Source: Malacoraja senta (Eukaryota). Taken from it: 64,000 nucleotides of DNA. Below the pieces are notes generated by a model. The model searched no databases, was not told where the DNA came from, and saw only the letters and a list, made by a program, of their open reading frames with translations. Both the position numbers and the translations under genes were made by a program. Positions 63,211-64,000 of this stretch are shown here, in pieces (within the stretch, counting starts at the first letter, position 1; every line of letters starts with the position of its first letter). The DNA lies in the NCBI GenBank assembly GCA_038087875.1, contig CM075988.1, forward strand, positions 9,550,001 through 9,614,000, given 5' to 3'.

Positions 63211-63544
63211 ATACTGGAGACAAATATGCCATTTAAAAAAAGTTCATGGTATATTGACATGTAACAATAATTACATGTAACAACACCTTGCTATTGCATC
63301 AATGTGCTGAGGCCAGGAGAGTACTTCACATATATGCACACCCAGGAGTTTGAAACTGTTGAATTTTTCCCACTGCCTTCCAATCATCTAAGACAAGTTT
63401 GTGGATCCCCAGCTTTCCCTTTCGGAAGTCCACAGTCGTCTCCAAGGTCCTGCTAATATTGAGAGCAAGATTAGTGTTCTGAAACCAATCACATTTTTAA
63501 CAACTTTGAAACTTGACAAGGCAGTGTTCTCTCACCCTGGCTAT

Positions 63545-64000
63545 TTTCCCTTTACACAAACCAGCTCACATCCCACCACAGCTCCGTCAACCTGTACAAG
63601 TACGCGGACGACTCAACCATCATAGGATTCATCACCAACAACCAAGAAACTGAATACCGTGCACAGGTCAACCAAGCAGTGACCTGGTGCACAGACCATG
63701 ACCTCTTACTCAATTAATCAAAAACAAAAGAACTTATCATCGACCCAAGGCGCCAGCCATCCCCCAAAACTCCTGTGCTCATTAATGATGAATCCATCTC
63801 CATCACTGACACATTCAAACTCCTTGGAACCCACATCAGCAACAACCTCAAATGGAGGACAAACGCAGACCACATTTATGGGAAAGCCCAGCAAAGACTT
63901 TTCCATCTCCGACAGCTAAGGAAGTTCAGAGTAAGATCTCATCTCATGCTCTGCTTCTATACAGCCATCGTTGAAAGCATCCTCACTTCATCCATCACAG
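63545..64000 (+). mobile_element. Rex1/Babar-like LINE RT fragment (runs off the window)
   Basis: Translation gives KYADDSTIIGFIT...WCTDHDLLLN*SKTKELIID...KLLGTHI...FYTAIVESILT. Confidence 0.85.

Overview
Repeat-dense eukaryotic genomic DNA, most likely from a cartilaginous fish such as a skate or ray. That assignment is an inference from abundant HE1-like V-SINEs with CR1-type tails. No host gene can be identified with confidence, and nearly all long ORFs belong to transposons. Main contents: (1) a structurally complete DIRS1-type tyrosine-recombinase retrotransposon (50596-61782, minus; gag, RT, RNase H, Dam-like MT, YR, ITRs and ICR), inserted into a Rex1-like LINE tail and itself split by a full-length 6.3-kb L1 with a 15-bp TSD; (2) a TSD-flanked 2.7-kb L1 lacking EN and RT, whose ORF1 is fused in frame to the ORF2 C-terminal zinc-knuckle region and is interrupted by a Harbinger MITE; (3) six PIF/Harbinger insertions sharing a 14-bp terminus, one carrying a transposase relic inside an L2; (4) Penelope-like sequences and about 10 dispersed copies of a minimal hammerhead-ribozyme motif; (5) CR1, L2, RTE and Rex1 LINE fragments, about 20 SINEs, microsatellites and a 200-N gap. 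Boundaries of TSD/TIR-defined elements were read base by base; other boundaries are approximate.
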